Shown: positions 20,001 through 29,208 of the stretch, one piece after another
Layout: each line of letters begins with the position of its first letter
How positions within the stretch are numbered: position 1 is the first letter of the stretch
Assembly: GCA_041665065.1 (NCBI GenBank)
Contig: JBAYJM010000002.1
Location: 19,796-83,795, forward strand
Reading direction: 5' to 3'
Length of the DNA stretch: 64,000 bases
Source: Candidatus Buchananbacteria bacterium
GTDB taxonomy: Bacteria; Patescibacteriota; Patescibacteriia; 2-01-FULL-39-33
Program-made: the position numbers and the translations under genes
The notes under the pieces: generated by a model
Told to the model about the DNA's origin: nothing
The model's database searches: none
Seen by the model: only the letters and a program-made list of their open reading frames with translations

Positions 20001-22422
20001 ATTTGGCACAAATCCCGATGGAAGCGTCGATTCCAAGCTGGCCCATTTACGGGATCAACTCACGGAATGGCAAAGCCAAGGAAAACTGGCAGAGCATCTG
20101 CAGGCAGTATTTATTTTAAACGAAGCTGATAGCAAAGAAGGAGTCAATGTTTTAATCCAAGGTGCTGATGCAGATGGACATATAAATTTTGGACAGGCAA
20201 TTTCTAAATTATTTACCAATCCAGAAAGCTTTAAAGACGGCCACGTTCCATTCAAACACATTGAACTCAGAATTGACGGGCACACCCTAGCAACTGTTTC
20301 TGGCAATGAAATAACTGGTAACTTAATGGGTGAAACAGCTCCTTCATCAATTCTTGAGATTATCCCCGCCCCAGTAGAAGAAGCTGTTACCGACACAATT
20401 TACGACATCCCTCCTGTTTTGCCATTCTATCCAAGACTAGCACTAGAATTGCCAGGTGAGGTTAAAAAACGAGAAAAGAAATTTCTAAGCAAAGAAGAAA
20501 AAGCGGAAGCTAAAAAAATTGCAGCTGCAACTGAAAACACTGAGACTAAAAAAACATCAGAAAACAACACAACAGAAAGCACAGCAACGGATGACAAAGT
20601 AGTAGAAGGTGATGTCGCTATTGCAGATAAAAATTTAGATGTTTTAATAAAAGATATTGACATGTCTGAAGGAAAACTAAGATTAGGATCTTCCGAACAG
20701 ACAAAAATAAAAAGCTGGCTCCTGGAAATGACTCCCGAACAGGCAGACAGTTTTTTCCCGGAAAAACAGTATAATAAAGATGAATTCTATAGCGAAAGTC
20801 ATGATCAGCTGGTCGAACAAAAACTTTCAACCCTAAGAAAGCTAGCATTGGCAACATTGGGTACGAGTTTTGGCAATGATTGGAAGCAATTTTTTGATAA
20901 AATAGGCAAAGGAAATACGGATAGGTCAAACCATCGGGCAGCACTCCTTTTGGAAAATAATCCTGCAGTTGTAAAAATGATCAAAACCGAAGATCAGGAA
21001 TTAGGTAAAACCATTGAGGAGTTGATTAGGAAAAACAAAATTAGAAAAGCCGCTGAAATAACACTAAGACGAACAGAAGAGTGGAAAGATTTAAATCCAA
21101 CAGAATTGGATGAAAAAATAGAAGAAAAAAAAGCAAAACTAACGTCCGAAAACTCAGAAGGAGATGAGGAGGACGATAACGAAGAAGAGGGTAAAGAAAG
21201 AGAGGGTGTTACTCCCGAAGAGACACAAACAATAAATGCCGAGATAAAAACACTTAAAAACGAACGAGAGGGCTTAGCAGAAAAAGCTTTTCAGGAAATG
21301 ACCAGAAAAACTTGGAAAAATATAGTCGTCCACGGCATTGGAAAAAATGAATTTTCAGACTTAGATGGTGAGGCGTGCTTGGGATTATTAAAAATTGCGG
21401 GCATAGATGTGGGGGGCGTCAAATTTGTTGAAAAGGGACAATCAACTCCTGGCGCTATTAATTTTGATACTGGAAATAAAGATGGCATATCTCTTATGGG
21501 CGATACAATCTTTTTGGACCATCATGGAGAAAATTCTCGCCAAGAAAGTTCAGCCACCAAGGTAACATTTGAAGCACTTGCAGGACTTGGGCTATTGGAA
21601 TCTTCGCCGGCCATTAATAAACTAGTAGAATTTGTCACAAAATCCGATAACCTGGACTTTCCATTGGACAAATTAAGCAGAGCAGATTTTAATAATTTTC
21701 CAAAAACTCTATGGGGATTAAAAAGCGGATTTAAAAAGCAGGCCGGCTTTCAAAGGCTATGGGATTTTATGCAAAAACATCCTGAAGTTGGTTTTTCAGA
21801 ACCATTATCGGATGGACTATTGAAGGAACTAGTTGAAGTGGATGATAAAAAAGTAAAAGATGATTTAGAAACTGAAATTGAAACCCAAAAAACCATTGTT
21901 GAAGGTACGGATGAACGCTTTGAAAAACTGAAAGAAAACGGATTTATCATTGAATCCGGAGAAGACGGCTATGGCAATATTGTCGTCAGTCTTTTAGGCA
22001 GGAGAGGCAGTGAAGAAAATGCCGTTCCTGGCAGAATTGAAGAAGTTAAGGCGCATGACTGTAATTGCTTAATTACCTATAATGAATCCGAAAATAACTT
22101 AACCGTAAACACTGATAGGGAAATAGAATTCAAACTCCCGGAAGGAATGGCAATAAGGGGTAGAATGTGGATTCTTGAGGGAGACAGACAGGCAAAAAAA
22201 GAGGCTTTTGGAAGAATAACCCTTCGCCAAGTCATTGAAGGAGTAACTGGCAAAAAAATCAAAGACTTAAAATTAGAAGGCAAACTGGCTGAATTTTTAG
22301 ACAAGGAAAGACCAAGAAAATCTGAGTTAGAAAAGAAAAGAGATAGTCGCAGCCCCAGAAACAGGACGGAAAGAAGCACTGCTCGTCCTAGAACAAAGGA
22401 AAGACGGGATAATGCGGCCTAA
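17059..22422 (+). CDS. Giant (1787 aa) membrane protein with C-terminal DHH-phosphoesterase-like motifs
   Basis: Acidic coiled-coil N-terminus, a Gly-zipper TM hairpin (aa about 575-640), then motif I-like HGIGKNEFSDLDGEACLG and motif III GDTIFLDHH near aa 1440-1520. Arg-rich tail. Confidence 0.6.
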   Translation: MARKSESKQNKDLTMQNYEKESDKKIREKFWSSDFQKKAIEDRDGAISEMNQTINEEVTKVEMSDDLTEDMKKKLIKKLVSHKKAFLQDINEIEFSNNNEDNDFSQGTDYPQEDTTDMNQPDEDLDHLYNREKSSGYKDGKSKDKTEKQENAELNFKDFRKKIKLVAEQAESKINTKEYKTQLKNDRDSAITEINLPFNEIIDQIENSDLGEGEKEVLLETISAHKRRLLKLINNLETEAENPETISPDQNKDGHPDDQERHPTEIDQKGVDAQRIEEITKQINEETGPVSPETATQKGKETVYLIDIGKVVEAMALREAEKRLEEYKNGKKGILRKLYTRMAEKQFLSKFYHEALMAIRQNRNLMAEIETRILAKSTDTGIADKSKSWEHIDNIINQFKEDLVEENEKGTTMSDTEVNNEVSLLVRRYALGLMSRDDFDREVEKKVVKKIKDKGGHFSDDHSFEAQGESTYVSNLASMAEKYKTDNEKIIKELTEKYGEDQKENIARLLPFEMDFQIQLGTKQKDLVETKPQGVLKWYERFVDWTQNPNLGLDSNDPRYSKKRALLSTVLANPLTYALIPVGIAAGASLFSKRTAKYALAGGIGIATGGGALAAVGAAGILGGAYAAFRRSKHDQDDRGMDLRRRALGAESGGKKTDIIREFAYSLMNIEDTIEELDSLDLTSPTEVQRAKEILQNFYARKELSNDPKEDKQFKVDLFSISGEEGANRKSNIAQMTALKRKVKQIETALGVKRSDFDADIDSIKSTLRTEIQKKDKEFDSFRKKQMWKAGLMGGAMGLVFGEIGLESVNGIKHLMGTEHASTTPVEYLLGLVARHHEAPAPSLVDMSIPGGKIRVPENMPENVKSILPRLFDAEGHLTSDGEGILRGEGFDLNTVGGGPGVAHEVAPSEYFKGLDYGKHLREDWHDEAGKKFSSIFGKAIQFEGKQQMLHLGHDQAGGAFMDVAGVLKNLGKNLDGAFEKFGTNPDGSVDSKLAHLRDQLTEWQSQGKLAEHLQAVFILNEADSKEGVNVLIQGADADGHINFGQAISKLFTNPESFKDGHVPFKHIELRIDGHTLATVSGNEITGNLMGETAPSSILEIIPAPVEEAVTDTIYDIPPVLPFYPRLALELPGEVKKREKKFLSKEEKAEAKKIAAATENTETKKTSENNTTESTATDDKVVEGDVAIADKNLDVLIKDIDMSEGKLRLGSSEQTKIKSWLLEMTPEQADSFFPEKQYNKDEFYSESHDQLVEQKLSTLRKLALATLGTSFGNDWKQFFDKIGKGNTDRSNHRAALLLENNPAVVKMIKTEDQELGKTIEELIRKNKIRKAAEITLRRTEEWKDLNPTELDEKIEEKKAKLTSENSEGDEEDDNEEEGKEREGVTPEETQTINAEIKTLKNEREGLAEKAFQEMTRKTWKNIVVHGIGKNEFSDLDGEACLGLLKIAGIDVGGVKFVEKGQSTPGAINFDTGNKDGISLMGDTIFLDHHGENSRQESSATKVTFEALAGLGLLESSPAINKLVEFVTKSDNLDFPLDKLSRADFNNFPKTLWGLKSGFKKQAGFQRLWDFMQKHPEVGFSEPLSDGLLKELVEVDDKKVKDDLETEIETQKTIVEGTDERFEKLKENGFIIESGEDGYGNIVVSLLGRRGSEENAVPGRIEEVKAHDCNCLITYNESENNLTVNTDREIEFKLPEGMAIRGRMWILEGDRQAKKEAFGRITLRQVIEGVTGKKIKDLKLEGKLAEFLDKERPRKSELEKKRDSRSPRNRTERSTARPRTKERRDNAA

Positions 22423-22448
22423 TCATTAAACATTTGATGTCCTAAAAA

Positions 22449-22475
22449 AGTCCAGCCTAAAAGCTGGACTTTTTA
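22449..22475 (+). terminator. Rho-independent terminator
   Basis: AGTCCAGC-CTAAAA-GCTGGACT followed by TTTTT. Confidence 0.7.
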
Positions 22476-22535
22476 TCTATTGCCAAATTTTTGTGCTTCT
22501 GATATGATGATCTGTTAAATATTAAACCGTCTATT

Positions 22536-23657
22536 ATGGATAAATATTTAAAATATCACCATCCGGAACTACAGAAACTGAAGGTAGAAAGGCTTCAAAA
22601 ATTTTATCTGGCAATAGAGGGCACATCCGACCAAATCACCATAACCGACAGAGATGGAATAATTATTTATGCCAATAAAGCCACCAAATTTTTAAGCGGC
22701 TACAGCGCCAAAGAAATAATTGGCAAAAAGCCCGATCTGTGGGCAAAGAATATTATTTTTAATTGTAAGAGCTATAACTGTTTTTATGGCGATATGTTTA
22801 AAACGGTTCGCGAAAAAAACTGCTGCTTTTTTGGAGAAGTAAAAAATCAGCACAAAACCGGAAAAATATATTTTACTAATGTCCGCATTACCTCAATTCG
22901 CGATTATCAAAATGGAAAACAATTTTTTGTGATAACAGAAAGAGATATCACACCAATGAAACAACTTAATCAGACAAAACTGGAATTCATCTCCATGACC
23001 TCGCATGAATTACGCACGCCACTGGCCAGTATTAGCCTAGCGTCAGAATTATTAATAAGAGGGGCCGATAAGAATGGGATTAACCAAAAATTTTTACTTG
23101 AAGAAATATACATAAATACTCAAAAAATGGCCCATCTGATATCAACCTTGATGGATTTGGCAAGGATCGAGATGGGAACATTAACCATAAATCCGGAGGC
23201 AATTGACATAGTCGCATCGCTAAACAAGATATTAAACGAGATGGAGGTTCAAATTAAAAACAAAAATATTTCTGTCAAAAACGTTTTTGATCAAAACGTT
23301 CCGGCCATAATGTTTGATAAAAAAATATTTTTGGTTATTTTTGATAATTTAATTTCAAATGCAATCAAATATACGCCAAACGAAGGAAATATTACATTAA
23401 AAGTTAAAAAATTTCAGGACAAGATTGAGATTCACACAATAGACACTGGCATTGGAATTGACAAGAAGGATCAAGCGCATATATTTTATAAACAATTCAG
23501 AGCGGAAAATGCCTTAAAGTCAAAAAATGAAGGCAACGGATTGGGTTTATATATTGTTAAATCCCTTATTGAAAAAACGAATGCCAAGATTAGCGTTCAA
23601 TCGGAAATAAACAAAGGATCAACCTTTAAGGTTATATTTCCTACTTCTCTAAATTAA
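22536..23657 (+). CDS. Cytoplasmic PAS-domain sensor histidine kinase
   Basis: PAS region, H-box SHELRTPL and an HATPase_c G-box GNGLGLYIV. No TM segment. Confidence 0.8.
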   Translation: MDKYLKYHHPELQKLKVERLQKFYLAIEGTSDQITITDRDGIIIYANKATKFLSGYSAKEIIGKKPDLWAKNIIFNCKSYNCFYGDMFKTVREKNCCFFGEVKNQHKTGKIYFTNVRITSIRDYQNGKQFFVITERDITPMKQLNQTKLEFISMTSHELRTPLASISLASELLIRGADKNGINQKFLLEEIYINTQKMAHLISTLMDLARIEMGTLTINPEAIDIVASLNKILNEMEVQIKNKNISVKNVFDQNVPAIMFDKKIFLVIFDNLISNAIKYTPNEGNITLKVKKFQDKIEIHTIDTGIGIDKKDQAHIFYKQFRAENALKSKNEGNGLGLYIVKSLIEKTNAKISVQSEINKGSTFKVIFPTSLN

Positions 23658-23703
23658 AAAAGTCCGCCTAAGCGGACCTTAATTCCAAGATTCCAAGCAA
23701 AAA

Positions 23704-23732
23704 ACCAAGTTCCCTCCGGCTTGGTTTTTTGC
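23704..23732. terminator. Bidirectional terminator between the convergent HK and RR genes
   Basis: AACCAAG-loop-CTTGGTT flanked by an A5 run and a T6 run. A second GTCCGC-CTAA-GCGGAC hairpin lies at 23663-23678. Confidence 0.6.
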
Positions 23733-23748
23733 TTGGCCACACAATCAT

Positions 23749-24435
23749 TTACTCCCCATTGATTTTGTATCCAATTCCGTATACGGTCTGCAAAATCCTT
23801 CCGTCTCTATCGCCTATTTTCTTGCGCAAATTGGTTATATGGACATCTACAATATTGCTAAATGAATCATATGCAAAATCCCAGAGATTAGATATTATCT
23901 GCTCGCGATTCATAACCTGGTTGGGGTGTCGCATCAAATATTCCAACAAGCTGAATTCCTTTAAGGTTAATCTGGCTTCCCTATCATGGACAAAAACCTT
24001 TTTAGTTAAAGGATTTAATGTAATATCTCGAGTTTTAAGTATAGCGGGCAACGCAAGTTTTGGCCTTCTCAAAAGCGCCTGAATTCTAGCCAAAAGAATG
24101 TTAAAAGAAAATGGCTTTATTAAATAATCATCTGCTCCGGCATTTAATCCGGCTACAATATCGGCCTCTCCATCTTTAGCGGTTAAAATCAGAATCGGGG
24201 TGCTGATATTTTTTTCTCTGACATTTTTACAAATTGTAATACCATCCCTGTCTGGAAGCATCAGATCCAAAACAATCAGATCATAATCATCATGATAAAG
24301 CTCAATCCGTGTCTGACCACCAATTCCGTCATGCACGCAATCCGCAGCAAAGCCCTCGGATTCAAGGCCGGTTTTAATTAATTTTGCCAAGTTTTCTTGG
24401 TCTTCAATGATTAAAATCCTCATATTTTTGTCCAT
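23749..24435 (-). CDS. OmpR/PhoB-family response regulator
   Basis: Receiver domain (DLIVLDLMLPD, TAKD) plus a winged-helix output domain. Confidence 0.85.
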   Translation of the reverse strand: MDKNMRILIIEDQENLAKLIKTGLESEGFAADCVHDGIGGQTRIELYHDDYDLIVLDLMLPDRDGITICKNVREKNISTPILILTAKDGEADIVAGLNAGADDYLIKPFSFNILLARIQALLRRPKLALPAILKTRDITLNPLTKKVFVHDREARLTLKEFSLLEYLMRHPNQVMNREQIISNLWDFAYDSFSNIVDVHITNLRKKIGDRDGRILQTVYGIGYKINGE

Positions 24436-24598
24436 TAATTTATTAAAGATATATAAAAATACGATAAATTGATGATTTTCCTTCCCCTCTTCTAGGGTGG
24501 GCCATTCTTTTAAACGTACTGAAAAAATATTGGGTAACTTAATAGCCTATCAGAAAAAAAAATAATGTCAATAGCTATTTTTCAGAAAATAGGCCGCC

Positions 24599-25651
24599 AT
24601 GACAAAAATACTCAATTTAGCCTATAAAAACTGGGCTATTCATTTAGAATTAATATCAAATAGATATGATTTATTTATTAAAAAAACAAAGATGGCTATA
24701 AAAAAACTGACAATAATTTTTATCTTTTTTACATTTCTAATGTTTAATTCAAATATTGTTTTTGCCCAAAATACAATAATATTGGAAGACGCTACTTCAA
24801 CCGATCCCTTTTTAATTCAAAATAATCAAGATGAGACTATATTGAAAACCTTTCCAAACGGAGTCCAAGTCGAATTATCAATAGCAAAAAACTCCTTTCA
24901 GGGCGATGTAAAACTATCCATCAGCCAGCTAAAACTTACTAATTCAAATAATCCCCTGGCAAGATATGATGCCATAATCTTGGGGTCAACTGCTTTTGAA
25001 ATTTCAGCAATAGACAACGCCGGGAAAGAAATTATAAAACTTAACAATAAAATAACAGCTGAAATCACCTATCCGGAAACCTATTCCATAGATTCCTCCT
25101 CAACCGGAGCCTATTACTTTGACATCGTTAGCCCTAAATGGATTTTAATCCAAGATACTATTCTAAATCCCAGTCCAAGAAATATTACTATGGAGACCGA
25201 CCGGCTCTACCCAATTGGAATTTTTAACGTATCACAATTGCCGGATATTTTAAAAATAAAAGAAAATGCTAAAACCGCTCGGGCTTTATTGGATTTTGGA
25301 GACAGAAATCTACTTAGGGATGAAACTACCGGAAGAATATATATTATTACGCAAAACAAGAAAGTTTATATTTCAAATATTGAGGAATTAAAGAGATATC
25401 CTGGAGTCCCCGTTTACAATGTGACGCTAAGCCAGCTAGATTCATATCCACTTGTTGATTTGATTGCTCTAAGAGACAGGCCATATTCCGGAAATATCCT
25501 ATTGCAAAATACCGATACCAATAAAATTTATTTAATTGTAAATGGGATGAAAAAATATTTGCCAAATACAGAAGAGGCGAGACGCTATCGACAATTTGAA
25601 ACAATTACCGCCAACAATGAAATAATCAGCCGGTATCCGTTATTAAAATAG
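24599..25651 (+). CDS. Secreted hypothetical protein
   Basis: Signal peptide begins at the internal Met 24691 (MAIKKLTIIFIFFTFLMFNSNIVFA). Confidence 0.5.
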   Translation: MTKILNLAYKNWAIHLELISNRYDLFIKKTKMAIKKLTIIFIFFTFLMFNSNIVFAQNTIILEDATSTDPFLIQNNQDETILKTFPNGVQVELSIAKNSFQGDVKLSISQLKLTNSNNPLARYDAIILGSTAFEISAIDNAGKEIIKLNNKITAEITYPETYSIDSSSTGAYYFDIVSPKWILIQDTILNPSPRNITMETDRLYPIGIFNVSQLPDILKIKENAKTARALLDFGDRNLLRDETTGRIYIITQNKKVYISNIEELKRYPGVPVYNVTLSQLDSYPLVDLIALRDRPYSGNILLQNTDTNKIYLIVNGMKKYLPNTEEARRYRQFETITANNEIISRYPLLK

Positions 25652-25699
25652 CCGATAACCAAAAAACTCCGGGATCGGCCGAAGTTTTTTGTATTATAG

Positions 25700-25897
25700 C
25701 TATTCGATTTCCTTAATGACCATTTTAATTTTATTTTCCAAATCATCACGCGTAGTTATATCAGTAGCCTCATAAATAAGGCCTTCGTGATCTTTGAGAT
25801 GATGAGCCATTGCTCTCTGTACCAGGCTGTAGGTGCTCTCATCTCGGATGTTATATTCACAGTCCATTCCTAAATCCCGGCAAGAAAATGATTTCAT
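25700..25897 (-). CDS. DUF1059-family small protein
   Basis: MKSFSCRDLGMDCEY... N-terminal signature typical of DUF1059. Confidence 0.55.
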   Translation of the reverse strand: MKSFSCRDLGMDCEYNIRDESTYSLVQRAMAHHLKDHEGLIYEATDITTRDDLENKIKMVIKEIE

Positions 25898-26055
25898 AAG
25901 ATTGTTGCTTATTAGTTAGTTGAATCTATTATTTTAAGCAACAATGATTATGATGCGATTAACTAATCATGAACAAAGCAACAACAAGAGAAAGGACTAG
26001 AATGATAATTATAACCGCTAAAAAAATCTTGATATTTTCAGACATAATATTTTGA

Positions 26056-26892
26056 TTAATTTATTATAGCTTTGCCCGTATCTATCCCCAACAATTTTTT
26101 AATCGCCGGGATTATTTTTTCAGCCTCCTTCTGCCCGAGATTTATAAATTTCTGGTCTATTTTATCCATAAAATAGCCCTTAAAACTATAAAAACCGACT
26201 AAATCAGTTTTGGGCTCAATTATAAAATCAGAATTTTTCATGCTTGATCTGGATAAATTCCGCCAGATAATATTAAATGCCCTTGAAGCGACATTTATAA
26301 TATTTAATTTTGATCCTTTGTATATTTTACTATAATTATAATTATCCAAGCAAACAGAAATCACAATATCAGCTCCCATTTTTTTGACAATATTATCTGG
26401 TACAGGATTGGAAAGCCCGCCATCAACCAAAACTTTTCTGTCTCTTTTTACCGGCTTATATAATATCGGGATTGCTGAGCTAGCCATAATGGCACTCACC
26501 AAATCTCCTTTTACAATGTCAACCTCTTCTCCAGTATTAATATCAGTGGCTATTACGGTCAGTGGTATAGCAGTATTGCTAAAATTCTTCTTGCCAATCC
26601 AATCGGTCAATAATTTTTCTAATCTCTTGCCCTTTATAATCCCCCCATTAAAGGACGGATCAAGAAATGAATAGAAGGCGTGCGATTTGGATTTTATCGC
26701 TTTTTCTTCGAGCTCTTCAATATTTTCATACACCGAGTAATGCGCGCCGACAAGAGCACCGACGCTTGTTCCGGCCATAAAATCAATAGGAATATTATTC
26801 TTGACCAAAGCCTTTATGACTCCGACATGAATAAGTCCGCGGGTAAATCCCCCGCCTAAGGCCAAGCCGATTGTTTTTCTTTTTTGAGGCAT
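26056..26892 (-). CDS. Patatin-like phospholipase
   Basis: GGGFTRG oxyanion motif, GTSVG nucleophile elbow, and DGG. Confidence 0.8.
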   Translation of the reverse strand: MPQKRKTIGLALGGGFTRGLIHVGVIKALVKNNIPIDFMAGTSVGALVGAHYSVYENIEELEEKAIKSKSHAFYSFLDPSFNGGIIKGKRLEKLLTDWIGKKNFSNTAIPLTVIATDINTGEEVDIVKGDLVSAIMASSAIPILYKPVKRDRKVLVDGGLSNPVPDNIVKKMGADIVISVCLDNYNYSKIYKGSKLNIINVASRAFNIIWRNLSRSSMKNSDFIIEPKTDLVGFYSFKGYFMDKIDQKFINLGQKEAEKIIPAIKKLLGIDTGKAIIN

Positions 26893-26940
26893 ATAAATTA
26901 TATATTAATTATACACCTCATTCATTAAGAAATCCTAAAT

Positions 26941-27459
26941 TTAAAATTTATTCTTAGGATAAATTGCTATTATCCTCCTGACAATCAACTTGGGTTTTTG
27001 CCGGCAAAAACCGCCCTCAAAGCCAAACCATACCTTTTCGAGGCGATCATTTTTCATCTTTCGCAAGATATTATATTCCGGATCAAAATAATAAACATTT
27101 TCATTATCAACTTTTACTACAACAGAATAATGGCTCTCATAACCGGAAAACCAATTTATAATAACCGGCATTCCCTTGCCTTTTACGCAATCACAAATGT
27201 CGCTTATCTGCGACCAATCTTTGACAAAACCATCAAAACCCAGCTTCTTGGCAGCTAAAAGGATATTTTCCCCCATAGAGCCGGCTGGATGAGAAACTTC
27301 TTTAGTTTTTATCATTTTTGCCAATTCTTCCAAACTTTTATGCGTGCCATAAAAATCCAAAATCATTTTAAGACTCGCCGGACCGCAATAGCCGGGAAGT
27401 TGTTTTACTAATTTTACTTTCAATCTTTTTGTCATGGCTTTTACTTTTATTAATACCAA
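26941..27459 (-). CDS. C39-like (papain-fold) cysteine peptidase domain protein
   Basis: QLPGYCGPASLKMIL catalytic-Cys context as in Peptidase_C39_2. Overlaps the upstream gene by 10 nt. Confidence 0.5.
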   Translation of the reverse strand: MVLIKVKAMTKRLKVKLVKQLPGYCGPASLKMILDFYGTHKSLEELAKMIKTKEVSHPAGSMGENILLAAKKLGFDGFVKDWSQISDICDCVKGKGMPVIINWFSGYESHYSVVVKVDNENVYYFDPEYNILRKMKNDRLEKVWFGFEGGFCRQKPKLIVRRIIAIYPKNKF

Positions 27460-28415
27460 ATTGTTTTTGTCCGATGATACGGCTTGTCATCCGGTGATTT
27501 TTTCTGCCCCTTAAACCAAAAAATGTGATCTACCATAGTTGCATTAATTTCTGGAAATTTTTCTTTTAAAATCCTTGTTGCCAATTCAACTGCCCAAATT
27601 GTATTTGCCCTTATTTCAATTTCCTCATCGCTTCCTTGGATAATTTCGATTTTATTATCAATCTTATCCGCCAACTCATTTGAATACTCTAATATTTTAA
27701 ATTTTCTAAGCGATTGCGGAACTTTATATTCAGCACAAGCGGTTAAATCATCATACCCAGTCAAATCAATATCAATAATCTTATTTTCCTTCAAATCAAA
27801 TAAATGAGCAATAAGTATCTGTGCTCTTTTAAATAATTTTACTTCCTGTCCGTGATAATTTGCAACATCATTAAAAATTTCAGGAAAATCACTTGCTAAT
27901 ATCTCCAATAATTTTAAAGCATCGCCATCAGATTTTATTATCACCTCAGAAAATGAACCGTTATATTTTTCAATGATAATTTCTCCTAATTTTTTTAAAA
28001 TTTCCAGGCGCTCATCAAAAAGTGGAATTTCAACATTACCCTTTAAAATTTCAGCCAAATCCTCTTTTGTTAAATTTTTTAAATAATTTGCGTCCAATAA
28101 ATTAAAGCCGTCTTTAATCGCTCTCTTGGTTGCTTTAAGCAGGCCAAAAAAACCGTCATAAAATTTTCCTTGGTCTTCAATTGTCCATTTTGGCTCGGAC
28201 CAATAGCAAAAATTAATTGCGCTTATTACAAAAATATAGGCGATTTGCTGTCCCTGCGATAGACCTTCGCCCGGTTGCAGTTCTAAGGCAAAACCAAGAT
28301 TTGCAAAATCGGCTTCTGTCACTTGATTGCAAAAATCCCTCATCGCCAGCTCATTTATGCTGACAAATTTTGAATTTTTTATAACTGGCTGAATTGATTC
28401 TAAAACTGAAAGCAT
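27450..28415 (-). CDS. Hypothetical protein (possibly DUF2419 / queuosine-salvage Qng1-like)
   Basis: The size of about 320 aa and some motif resemblance are all that support this. It is a weak family call made from memory. Confidence 0.3.
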   Translation of the reverse strand: MLSVLESIQPVIKNSKFVSINELAMRDFCNQVTEADFANLGFALELQPGEGLSQGQQIAYIFVISAINFCYWSEPKWTIEDQGKFYDGFFGLLKATKRAIKDGFNLLDANYLKNLTKEDLAEILKGNVEIPLFDERLEILKKLGEIIIEKYNGSFSEVIIKSDGDALKLLEILASDFPEIFNDVANYHGQEVKLFKRAQILIAHLFDLKENKIIDIDLTGYDDLTACAEYKVPQSLRKFKILEYSNELADKIDNKIEIIQGSDEEIEIRANTIWAVELATRILKEKFPEINATMVDHIFWFKGQKKSPDDKPYHRTKTIWY

Positions 28416-28487
28416 AGTTTTAAATTATTTTTCCAAACTAGCATGCCGACTGATTTGTGATCGCAGATTTTTGCCATATTTTTATTT

Positions 28488-29207
28488 TTATCGATTACCT
28501 TCTAGATGTTTCAAAACTTTTTTATGCAATGATTGTACAACTGGTTGACTCCTTTTTCTAGCTTTTTTATACTTATCCTGCAAATCTTCCCACTCATTAA
28601 CATCCGAGGCCTTATCAAGCCTTTTCCAAATATCCTCATCAGACATACCAACTGTTATTAAATTCTTTATCAGCGGATTTATCTGGGCTCTGTCTATATG
28701 GTTTATTCCTTCTTTGGGATCCTTAAAATCAGGGCTATAAATTTCCAACACTATTCCATAAATAACCGGGCTTAAATTTTTTTTCTTTGCATAAAATTCT
28801 GACATTCTGTATTTGGCTCTCTTAACTTTCACTGCAAAATCTTTTTTCATCCATAAAGGAATAGGTGCGATAAAAACATCAATAACATTCTTTTTTATAA
28901 TATAGCCATGTTTTCTAAAGACCTTGCCGATTAAACCTCCTTGCCTTATCTCATCATCTATTTTTACAAGTTCTTTGTTATTTGTGTCATAAGTGAGAAA
29001 AGTTAATGCGTAAGTCCTTAGAATATTATTTTTATCGACCAACCTGGCCTCTCGAGTTCTTTCTGTTTTCTTTTTATTTTTTAAAGCCCTGTCATGTCTT
29101 AAAACAACGGCGTGAATCGGCCCATATTTCTGTTCCAAAATATCTGTATGAAGTTTTTTCTTAACTGGAAAATGTATCTGGACGGTTCTATGTTTTATTA
29201 ACTCCAT
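28488..29207 (-). CDS. Hypothetical basic protein
   Basis: 239-aa ORF in the same minus-strand operon. Confidence 0.4.
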   Translation of the reverse strand: MELIKHRTVQIHFPVKKKLHTDILEQKYGPIHAVVLRHDRALKNKKKTERTREARLVDKNNILRTYALTFLTYDTNNKELVKIDDEIRQGGLIGKVFRKHGYIIKKNVIDVFIAPIPLWMKKDFAVKVKRAKYRMSEFYAKKKNLSPVIYGIVLEIYSPDFKDPKEGINHIDRAQINPLIKNLITVGMSDEDIWKRLDKASDVNEWEDLQDKYKKARKRSQPVVQSLHKKVLKHLEGNR

Positions 29208-29208
29208 A

